This document shows, piece after piece, positions 52,643 to 64,000 of a DNA stretch of 64,000 bases (the first letter of the stretch is position 1; each line of letters opens with the position of its first letter). The stretch is from Callorhinchus milii (Eukaryota). The DNA lies in assembly GCF_018977255.1 (NCBI RefSeq), contig NW_024704743.1, forward strand, positions 92,320,001 through 92,384,000, in the 5' to 3' direction. Under the pieces are notes generated by a model that was given only the letters and a program-made list of their open reading frames with translations, made no database searches and was not told the DNA's origin. The position numbers and the translations under genes were made by a program.

Positions 52643-52780
52643 CAACAACAACAACAATTTGGATTTATACAACCTGGACGGTGTCTCAGAGCGCTTCACA
52701 GTAATGGATCCCGGGGCTGAGCCAGGGGGAGGGGGAGGAAGATGACCAAAGTCGCGGTCGAAAAGAAAGGTCTTCAGCAG
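52643..52780 (-). mobile_element. L2 lineage C tail fragment
   Basis: caacaacaacaacaatttggattta..cagagcgcttcacagtaatggatcccgggg. Confidence 0.88.
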
Positions 52781-53517
52781 TGTTTTGCCAGTTGTGCTGC
52801 AGTTGAACGGAAAAATGATTTTCCCGAATGCAGATATGTAACACTCATTATTTTATATTTCTGGCATCAAGGAGTCAAATGATAAAAATGCTGTGGCCAT
52901 GAGCTAATTAGACAGTGAATTCTGAAGAGATTGCACTATTTCAGATGTGAAACACCATCAGTCTTTTGTTGGTAGAATATTTTATATTTAACTAATAGTT
53001 TTTAGCACACAAAACCTACTTTTTTAATCGATAATTCTACTTTTTGGCTCTGTAGAGCAAGCAACAGCAGTACATGGGGTTGGAATCATCTCGTATTCCA
53101 AGTCAATGGGGAAACAAGTCTCTTTAATAGCTACGGTTCCTCCAATCAAGCAAATCACTCAACAAAAGTGCATTCAACAAATCAGTTTACTAATCATCAA
53201 TTTGTAGTCATTTATTTGAAAAATTTAGATATTTTTATGTTTCATACTAGACTACTAATAAGAATATAATTGTAATTGCATTATCATAACAATAGATTTA
53301 AAAACCCCATACACTAATTCCAACAAATGCATCTGTGAATAATGATCATCAATGGTATTGTCCCCATAATTAATGTTGAACCATAAAGTAATTATTTTAA
53401 TATAATTTCCACATAATTTGCTTTATGCTAGTTTAAATTCTCCTTATCCTAAATGGCTGAGATGGAAACAAGTTGGTGACCTCCTCAAGATACTTTTGAC
53501 AGACAGCCTCTCATGCA

Positions 53518-54004
53518 TCTTGCTCCCATATCACAGGATCGATTTGGATGAAGAAGGCACTTCAGTCCATTTTAATTCATCCTTCCAGAATACCCATCCT
53601 ACCAAAATCCCATCATAGCACCAGACTGTTTTGATCAATCTGTTTGGTAAAATGACTCCAGTGTCTTGGCCTCAACCTGGCAGACTTTTTCCAGTCATTA
53701 ATTAACCGCTAGGTAAATAAATATTTCCTGGTGTCTGTCCTGAAATCTCCATTTGCAACTCTGTGTGCCATAAACCGTGCTGAGTTGCTCATGGGCATAG
53801 ATATAAGTTGACCACAGGGTTAGACTATCAGATGCTGCCACACAAATGAAGAACCTGCCAATGTCTAGGTTCAGACATGAAGATTGATCAAAACAGTCTG
53901 GTGCTATGATGGGATTTTGGTAGGATGGGTAATTTGGAGGGATGAATTAAATTGGACTGAAGTGCCTTCTTCATCCAAGTTGATCTTGTGTTATGGGAGC
54001 AAGA
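53518..54004. repeat. Inverted repeat: 124-bp arms (53518-53641 / 53881-54004), 239-bp spacer
   Basis: 116/124 complementary with no gaps; inner 51 bp perfect; arm resembles an old CR1-type 3' end also seen near 50970 and 31260. Confidence 0.95.
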
Positions 54005-54204
54005 CCCCAGCAAGTACAGCAGGCAGTCAATGCCTGCAGAAGGATATTTCAGAATTAATCAGTGCCTTCAGGAGGAAAGACAAAAATGGAGTGAAGATAA
54101 AATTGAGACGTGGTGACGACGTGATAAGCACTGTATCAAATGCAAGGATTATCATTATTATGATTAGCATTATTATGATGATCATTATTACTGCACGTGA
54201 CAGT

Positions 54205-54495
54205 AAACAAAGTAACCATTTGCGCCAGTAAGATCCTATAAACAGTTATGAGGTGAATGACCAATTATTCTACAGGATTGTTAGCCAGAACAGCGGGAAA
54301 AGCTTAATTATTATTTAAACAGTCTTTAACGTCCATCTGGACATGCAGATGGGATTTAAGTTTAATATCTTACCAAATGACTGACAATCCCGTGTTACCC
54401 AGTAAAATGTCAGCTTGGATGAAGAGCTCAAGTCTCAATATGGGGCTTGAACCCATAACCATCTGAGACATAGCAAGAGTTATACCAACTGGGCC
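54205..54495 (-). mobile_element. Ancient tRNA-headed DeuSINE-like remnant
   Basis: Minus strand ggcccagttggtataactc..gggttcaagcccc..agacttgagc..agctgaca..ggacgttaaagac. Confidence 0.55.
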
Positions 54496-57400
54496 AAAGT
54501 GACACAATTTATACAGTTTGGCTAAGTACTGTTTCAGTAGTTCACTGCTTCTGTATTTAAACCTAGCCCTCTGAGTGCTATGTACAGGAGACCTCTTAAA
54601 ACATCTACTCATTGCAAGAAACCTGTCAATTTCTCTGGTGCAGTTTCTCTTTTGGACAAGTGAAGCAGCAGCTTTCCACTTCACAACAGACACCTTTGTT
54701 CTTGCTGTTCCTGCTAAATTGGCACCAGCCTTTCTGCAGAGTGTGCAGATGAATAACACCAGCGGCCAATGCATTTGAACTTTCTTTTGAGCTGCTGCAA
54801 ATGGAGAGAGGGTATCAAGCAAAAAAAACAATGGCAAGACATTTCTCTACCTGACTCATTGCTAAAAAGATGCAGAAGATATTCTCAATGTTCACAATGG
54901 CAAAATAACAACATCGGGCATGATTCTGCCCCATTCACTCCAATATTCATTATAATGAGAAATTCTGTTTACAGTGTACAATGAAAGATTCTACATGTAA
55001 TGGATAGAGCAGAATAACTATCATAGTTCTATGCAGGTCAGGATTTCATGGGAATATTTTCAATTTTCAAACTACATTAATATACAAAAAGATACAGGGA
55101 AAGGGTAGGGAATTCGGATTAGACCATATAGTAATAACAGTAGAGGAATAAGCACTAGCACATGCTCGATGGGCTAATGCCCTCTTTTGGGGTTGTAATT
55201 CCTAGGACACTAATAATACTATAGGTATTGAGTTGTGCTTCGTTGTGTTACCAGATCTAACAAGAGTAAGAATTAGTGTTCAGATTAATTCAGATTAACA
55301 ATCAATATCGAGTCTCTTACACAGATAAACAAACCTAAGAAACTAATGATGGCCTCAGCCACATCAATTATGGTCAGGCCAACCAAATCCTTGAACGATA
55401 AGAACAAAGTACAACCACGTGGGAAACTTTACACAAACCCTTGGCTATTAATCTATCATGGAAATTAGTTAAAGCATTTAGGAGAGCTTAAAAACTACCA
55501 ACAAAACAATATAAGTATGTAAACTGGACAAGTGTCTGAATGCACAAATTCATGTTGTCAATACAATAAAGTACATTCAATTCCTAGGCCTTAAAGTTTG
55601 ACTTGATTTCAATTTTCGTGAATTCAACCAGTTCAGCGCTTCAGTTTAGACCTGCTTGTAATATCTGGGGCAATTGAATCAATGGAAAAACATCAAATGT
55701 ACATGCCAAATGACGAGTGGAATTTAATCTTTAGCTTTGACAGTCCAGAGATGTGAACTTGAGAAATCTGTAGTCTACCTCTGAAGCAAGGAGACTCTGT
55801 TAGTGTAGCTTTTTAATTAAGCAATCATTTCTACAGATTTGGAATGATATTGATTTTAAAATGAGAAGTAATAATGGTGGACAGTTATTCAGACAGACAA
55901 AATCTATAATTTCTGTGCCTTAGGTAAGACATTTCCTGTGTTATGTTGTTATGTATGTAATTCAATAATAAAAGCAATCGATACTACTGAATAAACAATG
56001 AACACATTTTCGCAACATGAAACGATGATTATATTATTATTATTATTATTATACTTCTGTGTGTAACATCATTCCATAATTATTTGTCTTTCTGTTCTCT
56101 GGTTAGTTATTCTTTGCTTTTAGATTTTATAACTCTTTCAGAGATGAATTTCTCCATCACATGAATTTCTCCAGAGGACAAACTTCCTCCACAAGTTCTT
56201 GTTCTAAAAAAAAAACAGAGTAACAATAATCCTTCCATTTACTATAACCCTATTACATCGTCAAAATGTCTCCAACTGCTTCATAGATAGTTACTGTAAA
56301 ATGCAATGTCTATATGTTTGTTGGCAAACATATGTTGCGCACAAAATAATGATCTGTCCTTCCAAGTCACGTCGATGAACCAGGGGGGCTGGTCTGATAT
56401 CAACAGTGCCTTAGAATACTGCAGACTTGCCTGACTCGGGAACCAGACAACCACAGAGGGTTGATCCAATATTCCATTGCCAAGCATTTCACCTTGGAGC
56501 CAGTTCAGGTTCTTGGAGCCAGTTCAGGTTCTAGGAGCTGCCATCCCCCAAGGAGGTTAGTCACTATTTAACAATCAAGGGTGCCAGGTACCAGGAACTC
56601 CCTGCAAGTTACCTGGTAAGTAACAAAACTCACCATGAAATGTGTGAGAGCATTGCTATCATCTTCCTGCTGACAACTTGGATGAGTTCACACTTTGAGT
56701 CCCTCAAGTTGAGGCCATATAAAGTTGACCCATATCGCAGTCATAACAATCCTTCTTTAAACCCAAATTTGTTGTTGAGGATTGATACAGTTACAGTAAT
56801 GATCATCAATCCTGCTCCCATTTTGCATGATAGATATGACCATTAATCTGTGAAGAACACATATAAATGAAACAGGTAATGCATTTCTTCCATAGTTAAT
56901 AAATCATAATTTCATCGCTGATCAATTGATATTGATCTGAAATCTCTGAGACCAGACACTGCATTCACAATGTCAATAGGAACATCCAAGATTGGTTTAA
57001 TTCACTGTACTCATAACCCTCACTCTCAGTATCCATTTGCTCTTAATGATTGATTAAGTTTAATAAACAATGCTGGGGAATGATCCAAATATGTGGAATC
57101 ACTTTGCTTGAGATGGAAGTAATTTTTTTTTAAGTACAGGTTTATAAATAGCCTGACTTTGCACAAGGAAGCATTGACCCTATGATTTTCTGAACTGTCT
57201 GATTTCCCTGGATTCTCGACTTGTGGCTTGGGCAAATCTATGTAGAGAGACATAAAAGGCATTCTAAAACAAGGAGAAAGAAGTAGCAATTTAGAACAGT
57301 TTTCAGAAGTTGTTAAGGAAATTGCTTTTTGAGAGCAAATTGCAGTCACTCAGCTTCTCATGCACTGTTGCATTGGAAGGTTGACAGTTTACAGGTCTTG

Positions 57401-58169
57401 TGTGTAAAGAAGGCTTCACTGCCATACATCAGGAAATGTTAAAACACTGCTATGTTGTTACTTCTCGCACTTCAACATGTTGAACAAGACAAACAACATC
57501 AGGTTTGTTCCGTTGTGGAACAGTTCACTTACCAGCTCACATGAAACTTGATAAAAAAAAATCACTGTGCATGGATAGACTGGGGGCAGCTGTCACTAAA
57601 AGTCTAAAGGATATACCCTACTTAATAAACTTTCTGAATTTAAGGGATAATGGGGGGAAAGGATTGTGACAAGTGATATTATCACAGGTGATATTTATTG
57701 TATTGGCCAAAAATTGAGAAATGAAGTAAAAAAATGTCAATAATCATCACTGTCTCTAGATGATTTGGGGTTCTTACTGAATTTGTCATCGGTGACAGAA
57801 TAACTGAACACCTACACTGATAACGACAATAATTATTGGTGCAAATTGTGGTGTTTATTGTGAACTGACATTCCTGAATTTGAACTAAATCTGATATAAT
57901 ACAATGAATAGCCACAAGGCAGCACACTGCCCCACCCTCAATTTTTAAATGATACATCGCCATTACTCCATTCTTAATGTGGCAGTCGAGAGAATTTTGT
58001 TGGCCCTCAGAGAGTGCAGTTTCTTCTCTTCTTTCTTTATTTAATACGTATTTTTTGGGCCGTACCTTTGGAAGATTTAGTGGACGCTTAAAATAAACCA
58101 GTAGGTCTGAAGTCAATCAAATCTCAGGCTCATCAGGATGGTTTCTACCTCAGGGTACAAAACAAATCT

Positions 58170-58470
58170 AAGCAGGGAGGAAGGTGGATAAAAATGAGGT
58201 CGGCAGGGGGCAAAGTGAAGGAACTTTAGGATGGAGTTTCAGAGAGTAAAGGAAAAATAGTTGAACGCTTGCCCAATGGTAGGTAGTGGGGTGACTTGGG
58301 CAGGGGATATGAAGATGCCCTATGTTCACTGAGTGGCTGGAAGAGGTCATAATAGTATGGAGGTGTGAGACTGTAGACAGTTTTGAATGTGCAACTTAAA
58401 TTCAAACTATTGGGGAGCCAGTGGAGCCAAGAGAAGATGGGAGTGATAGGCTCACAGAGCCTGGTGTGAT
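58170..58470 (-). mobile_element. Very old L2 3' fragment
   Basis: HTRLCEPITPIFSWLHWLP. Confidence 0.7.
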
Positions 58471-60124
58471 TTATTGGTTCCATGTCTTTCATTTATTGAC
58501 ATCTGAAGTGCAAACTGTGGCTTCCTAATTGATGATAAAATTCATATTAACTGTAAGGCTCTAATATTTATAAACACATCATGTTTGCCTTCAAAATACA
58601 CAACCACTATACATTATATTCCTGTGAAATGCTTTGAAACATCCTCCTGATGTGAAAGGTGCTAGATGAAATGCAAGAATTATATTCTTCTAGGGACCTA
58701 CTCTAATCTACAATGTCTCTCTGACCAGAAAATCAAATTACTTTTGATTGTCATCTTCCCAGAAACCTTTGCACTTTGGTACCTTGACCAAAATTAACCT
58801 TTATAAAGAATTTATGATGGGCCTTTTACACCGACCACATTGATTTTTTTATACTGATTTAGATGGTGTGATTCCTACAAGTGAAGTGAAGATGGGAGTG
58901 ATAAAATGTAGGGTTGTGCTTTAATGTTTCAGATATTGCTTGTAATCGTTTCTCAGCTAGAAATGAAAATAAATTGGCTCATGTTAGCACACTTCAAGTA
59001 TGTCTTTTTCAAGTATAAATAAAAGGTCTAATGGCTGTTGTTGTGGCCTGGGCCTTGCTCACTTGTTAAGTTCTCGCTGAGTGGTAGAAGGATGAAGACA
59101 CATCTGAGGTGTCTGAGGTGAGATGATGGAAACCGGACAGTAGGCAAGCGGCTGTTAATTAGATGTGTGGGAAGAGAGGAGAAACACAGATGTAAATGGG
59201 TGTGAAGTGAAACATGGAATAATTATAGTGTAAATTCTGTTGAAAATGTTTCTTTGAAGGAAAGAAAAATCCACAGAATGGAAATCATAAAATAAATAGA
59301 AAGCAGGAACGGGAGAACAGTGAGGACATTAGTGAAGAGGTGGTAATATGGAGCAGGCATTGGCATCAGGGAATGCAGGTACTCGTAGAGGCATTTATAG
59401 TCAAGCTACTTATCATCACACCAAGCACCGTTAACTCAGCGTGATTCTCCTTGTTAGTAACTGATGTTCTATAAAATTGAAAATAATTAACTTCCAATTT
59501 GGTTTAAAAGGTTAGGATAGAGATGAAAAAGTGGGAAAAGTGAAAGACGCGCTCATACAAAACTCATTAAAATGAAAAATGATTGTATAATATATTTAAT
59601 GTATGAATTTACGAGCAGTAGGCAATGTTTTGAGTTTTATAGAGGTTGCTTTGTGGTCTCCGTTAAGTAGAATTTTCATTTTTTTTTAAATTTCCATTCG
59701 AAAGGGACATATATTCTGTGAAGTTACTGTGCAGTTATTTCACATGGTACTTACAATGTGTATATTGCTAGCTTCCGATGCTGACTGCCAGCTTCCTGAA
59801 AATATGCACAGGAAGTCTGCTAACAACACTTCCTATTGGTTGTGCGTGTTTGATTTGTACAGAAAGTGTCGATGATGTCACTTTGTAAAGGAAGTGGTAT
59901 CGCACTTCTTGTCCTAGGATAACAGTCATAAGGAGCATGTAAGAAGTGCCTTCAGCAATGCCCTGATGACCCAGAAGTGCTGACTGGGTGAGCCTCATTG
60001 CAACACTCAGTTTATGTTAATAACCATCGCAATATAGTGCAATCACTATAACTTGAATTTCGTTTTATAGTTTTAGTTCTGTGATATATTGAAAATCTTA
60101 TTAATGATTAAAATTCATTATAGA

Positions 60125-60915
60125 TACAATACAAAACTATGCCTTTCACATCGAGAGGACATCCCAAAGCACTGGACAGTCAGGGATTTGGACCCTAGCT
60201 GGGGGTTGAGATCAGGAGAGGGTGGAGCACAGGGAGAGTAGGCTCGGACGAAGAAGAGGGTCTTCAAATGTGCCTTGAAGGAGGCAAGGAGGGAGCGAGT
60301 CAAAGGGAATATGAGATGGAGTTCCAAAGGGAGGGGGCAGAGAGGTTGAAGCCCCGATTGCCGATGGTGGGGCAGGCTGGGCGGGGGACTTGGAGCAGGG
60401 CGGAGCCCGCTGGGCAGAGGGAGCAGACGGGTTAATATGGGGTTAGCCGGTCACAAAGGTTGGAAGGAGCAAGGTTGTGGAGGGTCTTGAGGGCGAGGAC
60501 GAGGATTTTGAACTCTATCCTCTGAGGGATGGGGAGCCAGTAGAACTGGGCGAAGGTGGGAGTGATAGGATTACGAAGCCTGGTGCGGGAGAGGACATGA
60601 GTTACAACAACAACAACAACTTGGATTTATATAGCGCCCTCCACGCCGGACGGCGTCTTAGAGCGCTTCACAGTAACAGATCCTGGAGCTGAGCCAGGGG
60701 GAGGGGAAGGAAGGTTATCTGGATGATCTTGCAGCTTGTGGAGGGAAGAGTTGAGAAGGCCAACAAGCAGGGAGAGGTGGTGGAGGAGAAAAGAGTGGGC
60801 AATAGTGTCAAAAGCAGCAGAGTGGTCAAGGAGGATAAGGAGACAGAGAGCCCTAGTCATAGATAGACAAAATATCATTTGTTACTTTGACCAAGGCAAT
60901 TTCTGTGCTGGGGTC
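60125..60915 (-). mobile_element. Old deleted L2 carrying a nested lineage C tail (60604-60715)
   Basis: LCLLILLDHSAAFDTI, SSLHKLQ, ASFKAHLKTLFF; lineage C tail inserted in the same orientation. Confidence 0.85.
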
Positions 60916-61859
60916 ATTGATGGGATTTTAAATTCAACATGAGAAGTTGTAACCGGGGAATTGTTGTGCCATTTTTTGTAATGTGCAAATAACCACAAGG
61001 AGAGATAGCTGAAGTATGATCACATGTAGACAAGATTTGTCTTGAATTTTCAAATGCTACTAAGTGTTGACCAACTCTCAACTGTTTATTCCCTAGCACT
61101 TTTCAAAGACCTGCCAAAGTTAATGAGACCTGGCTATAAAAATACTGGCAGTTGCAAATCCACAACAACTTGCATTTATATAGTGACCTTCCATCGGGCA
61201 GAGTCTCGGAGCGCTTAACAGCACTTCCAGACAGTGATATGAGAGTCACTGATCTCTGATCATTATGTGGGGAATACATTTATGACATTTTGCAACAAAT
61301 ACAATGTGATAATTATCAGAGAGAAAAAGCTGTTGATCTTAATTTTCAATCTGAATATATTTTGAGGTATAAGCAGGAAGAAGTGTCAGATATTACATTA
61401 TCACCTTGAATCTCTTATGAAATGGTGGAATTTCAGTTGATTATCCACTGATTTCAGGTCTGCTGGTTTGGTTTTCATCTTAGCTTTGTTTTTATTTCAA
61501 AAAACGGCTATCTTGGATTTAGGCAAGGAAAGAAATATATAATTTATCAGTTTACAGGCAGCTGCTTTTACAGGATATACTGCCTGAGTTCAGATAGCTG
61601 GTGAAATGCACCAGGCTCCCCAAATCGGGAGCACAAAAGTCATAGGGCCTCTGGCTTTAGGCTGATATACAGTAAAGTAGTAGTCAGATTCTGCCTCTGA
61701 GCTGATAAAAATGAATATTTATTTGCTTGCCAAATCCAAAACAACACCCAAACGTCTTTAGAATGTTCTACTAAACCATTTTAAGTCACTGGTTAGGTCT
61801 CAGCTGGAGTATTGTGTCCAATTCTGAGTGCCACACTTTAGGAAGGATATTAGGCTGAT

Positions 61860-64000
61860 ATGGCTTAGTGAGGCTGAGTGTGCAGCCGTGGAGGCTGACG
61901 CTGCCAGTGCCTGAGGTGCGGAGGCGCTGGCGCGAGCCAATCAAGATGGCCTCAATCTTTCTGACATTCGGTTGGAGAAAGTTGTCCCTCATCCAGGACT
62001 TGATGTCGGACAGGCAGTCGGTCAGGATGCCAGTAGTCCTGGAGTTGAGGGTGGAAGCAGAGAGGTAGAGTTGGGTGTCATCTGCATACTTGTGGAAATT
62101 TTCCTCATGTCTGCGGATGATGTCACCATGTAGAGGGTGAAGAGGAGGGGACCGAGGACAGAGCCCTGAGGAACACCGCACAAAAGAATGCGGGGGCTGG
62201 AGGAGAAGCCGTTTGCAGTGACGAAGTGGAGGCGGTGTGAAAGGTAGGACCTGAACCAGTCGAGGACAGAAACTTGAAGTTTGAGGTGGGAGGAGAGGCA
62301 GTGGAGGAGGATTGAGTGGTCCATGGTGTCAAAGGCAGCGGAGAGGTTGAGGAGAACGAGGAGGCATTGGGAGCCCTGGTCACACATGGTCAGGATGTTG
62401 TTTGTGACCTTGACTAGAGCAGTTTCTGTGCTGTGGGAAGCACGGAAACCAGATTGGAGGGTTTCATGGAGGGAGTGAGAGGAGAGGAAAGAGTAAAGCT
62501 GGGAGGCAATGGCTCTCTCAAGGACCTTGGATAGGAAGGGGAGATTTGAGATGGGCTGCAGCAAGATAGCTTTGATGGGTCAAGGGAATGTTTTTTCAAG
62601 TTAGGGATGATAATGGCTGTCTTGAGGGGGGAAGGAATAGTGCCAGATGACAGGGAGAGTTTAATGATGTTGGCGGGTAGTGGGGCAAGGAGGTGGTACT
62701 GGGATTTAAGGAGAGGGGTGGGGCTGAGGTCCAGGGAACATGTTATTAGGCTTCATGGAGGTTATGGTGGTGAAGACAGAGGAGGGGTTGATAGGTTCAA
62801 AGGTGTGGAAGGAGGGATGGGTAATTGTCGGATGGGTAATTGTGTGGGGTGAGGGTAGGGAGAGGGTGGAAGTTGAGAGAGCAGTGACAGCTGAGTGGAT
62901 TCCCTCGATTTTCGACAAGGAAGTCCAGCATTTTCTCGCAGTGAGAGTCAGAAGAAAGAATCTGCGAAGCATGGCGGGGAGGGCAGAGGAGCCGGTTGGT
63001 GGTGGAGAACAGTAGCATAGGGTTGCCCTTTGCCTCCATGATCAACCTGGAATAGAAGGATGATTTGGCTGAGGCGAGAGCGGAGCGGTAGCTCTTGATG
63101 AGGTCCAGCCAGATGTGGTGGTGGACCGTTAAACCGGATTTGAGCCAAGAGCGTTCAGCAGAGTGCATCTGGCCCGTAAGCAAGCGGAGGTGGCTGGTGA
63201 ACCAGGATGAGGATCGGGGATAGGAGGCAGTTTGGGAGGTGAGGGGGGCAAGGATGTTGAGTGTGGTGGAGAGGGTGCTGTAGAGAAGATCAAGCGCAGC
63301 GAGTGGGTTGGTGCGGGAGGTGGGCCAGAGAGGGAGGAGTTCAGAGGACTCCAGGGCAGCGGAGAGGGATTGCGGGGAGATCTTCTTCCATGGGCGGTAG
63401 AAGATGGTGGTAAGCTTGGAGGCAGTGGGGAGAGGGATATGGAAGTTGAGGGAGATGAAATGGTGGTCAGAGATGGCCTTGTCAATGATGGTGACATCTG
63501 AGACACTGAGGCCCCGGGTGATCACCAGGTTGAGTGGGTAGCCGTGGGTGTGGGTAGCAAAGTGGATGTGGAGGGAGAGATTGATAGAGGAGAGGAGAGA
63601 GGAGAAGTCTGAGGAGGTGGAGCAGGATGGGGTGAAGTGGAGTTTGAAGTCGCCTAGGATGATGAGGCGGTCGGAGCAGAGGCAGAGGGAAGCAAGAAGG
63701 GTGGAGATGTCAGAGATGAAGGTGGGAGAGCATTTTGGGGGGCAATAAAGTAAGAGAATTTTTGGAGAGAGGTGGGAGGGATGGCAGAGGGTAAGTTGTT
63801 CAAAAGAGGGGAAGGAGCCGGCAGAGTAGGGGGATAGGGCAAGTGACTACCCTGGATATGAGGGTCACATCACTGCCATGATGGTTGGGTCATGGGGCAT
63901 GGTGGTAGGTGTAGCTGGGTGGTGTGGCCTCAGTGAGGGGGAAGGTGTCAGTTGGGGTGATCCAGGTTTCCATGAGTGTCATGATGTCAATGTTCTCATT
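61860..64000 (-). mobile_element. Old L2 ORF2 with APE endonuclease and RT regions; runs off the window edge
   Basis: Minus strand IDIMTLMETW, LGDF, LNLVITRGL..ISDHHFI (APE); [34 protein letters not shown] (RT); frameshifted. Confidence 0.95.

Noticed and set aside
54370..54837. 155-aa minus-strand ORF
   Set aside because: No recognisable domain, no clear splice signals, and the 3' part overlaps an old SINE head
56492..56540. 19-bp tandem duplication (and similar small ones at ~56144 and ~59103)
   Set aside because: Ordinary slippage duplications with no further structure

Overview
Repeat-dense vertebrate intronic or intergenic DNA, most likely from a cartilaginous fish (chimaera/shark-type repeat content; this is an inference). 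No host gene, tRNA, rRNA or CRISPR array can be identified with confidence. Almost every long ORF in the track is a piece of a LINE ORF2, its antisense frame, or low-complexity DNA. The window holds: (i) many L2-clade LINE copies from at least three lineages, including one young 1.6-kb copy with an open RT domain (48167-49495) and one old copy with APE plus RT (61860-64000); (ii) CR1-clade LINE relics, one retaining the ORF1 SGNH-esterase region; (iii) a tRNA-headed, Deu-like SINE in long and internally deleted forms that shares its 3' stem-loop with the L2s; (iv) a TA-flanked Tigger/pogo-type MITE. The most interesting unexplained signals are two local fold-back duplications (42741-44190 and 53518-54004; in the second, all five transition mismatches give G-U pairs in + strand RNA), an 88-nt pre-miRNA-like hairpin with a ZNF143-type motif (4790-4877), an L2 sublineage that kept spreading with a shared C-terminal frameshift, and a possible CaaX-ending terminal exon (11464-11565). 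All alignments were done by eye, and most repeat boundaries are approximate.
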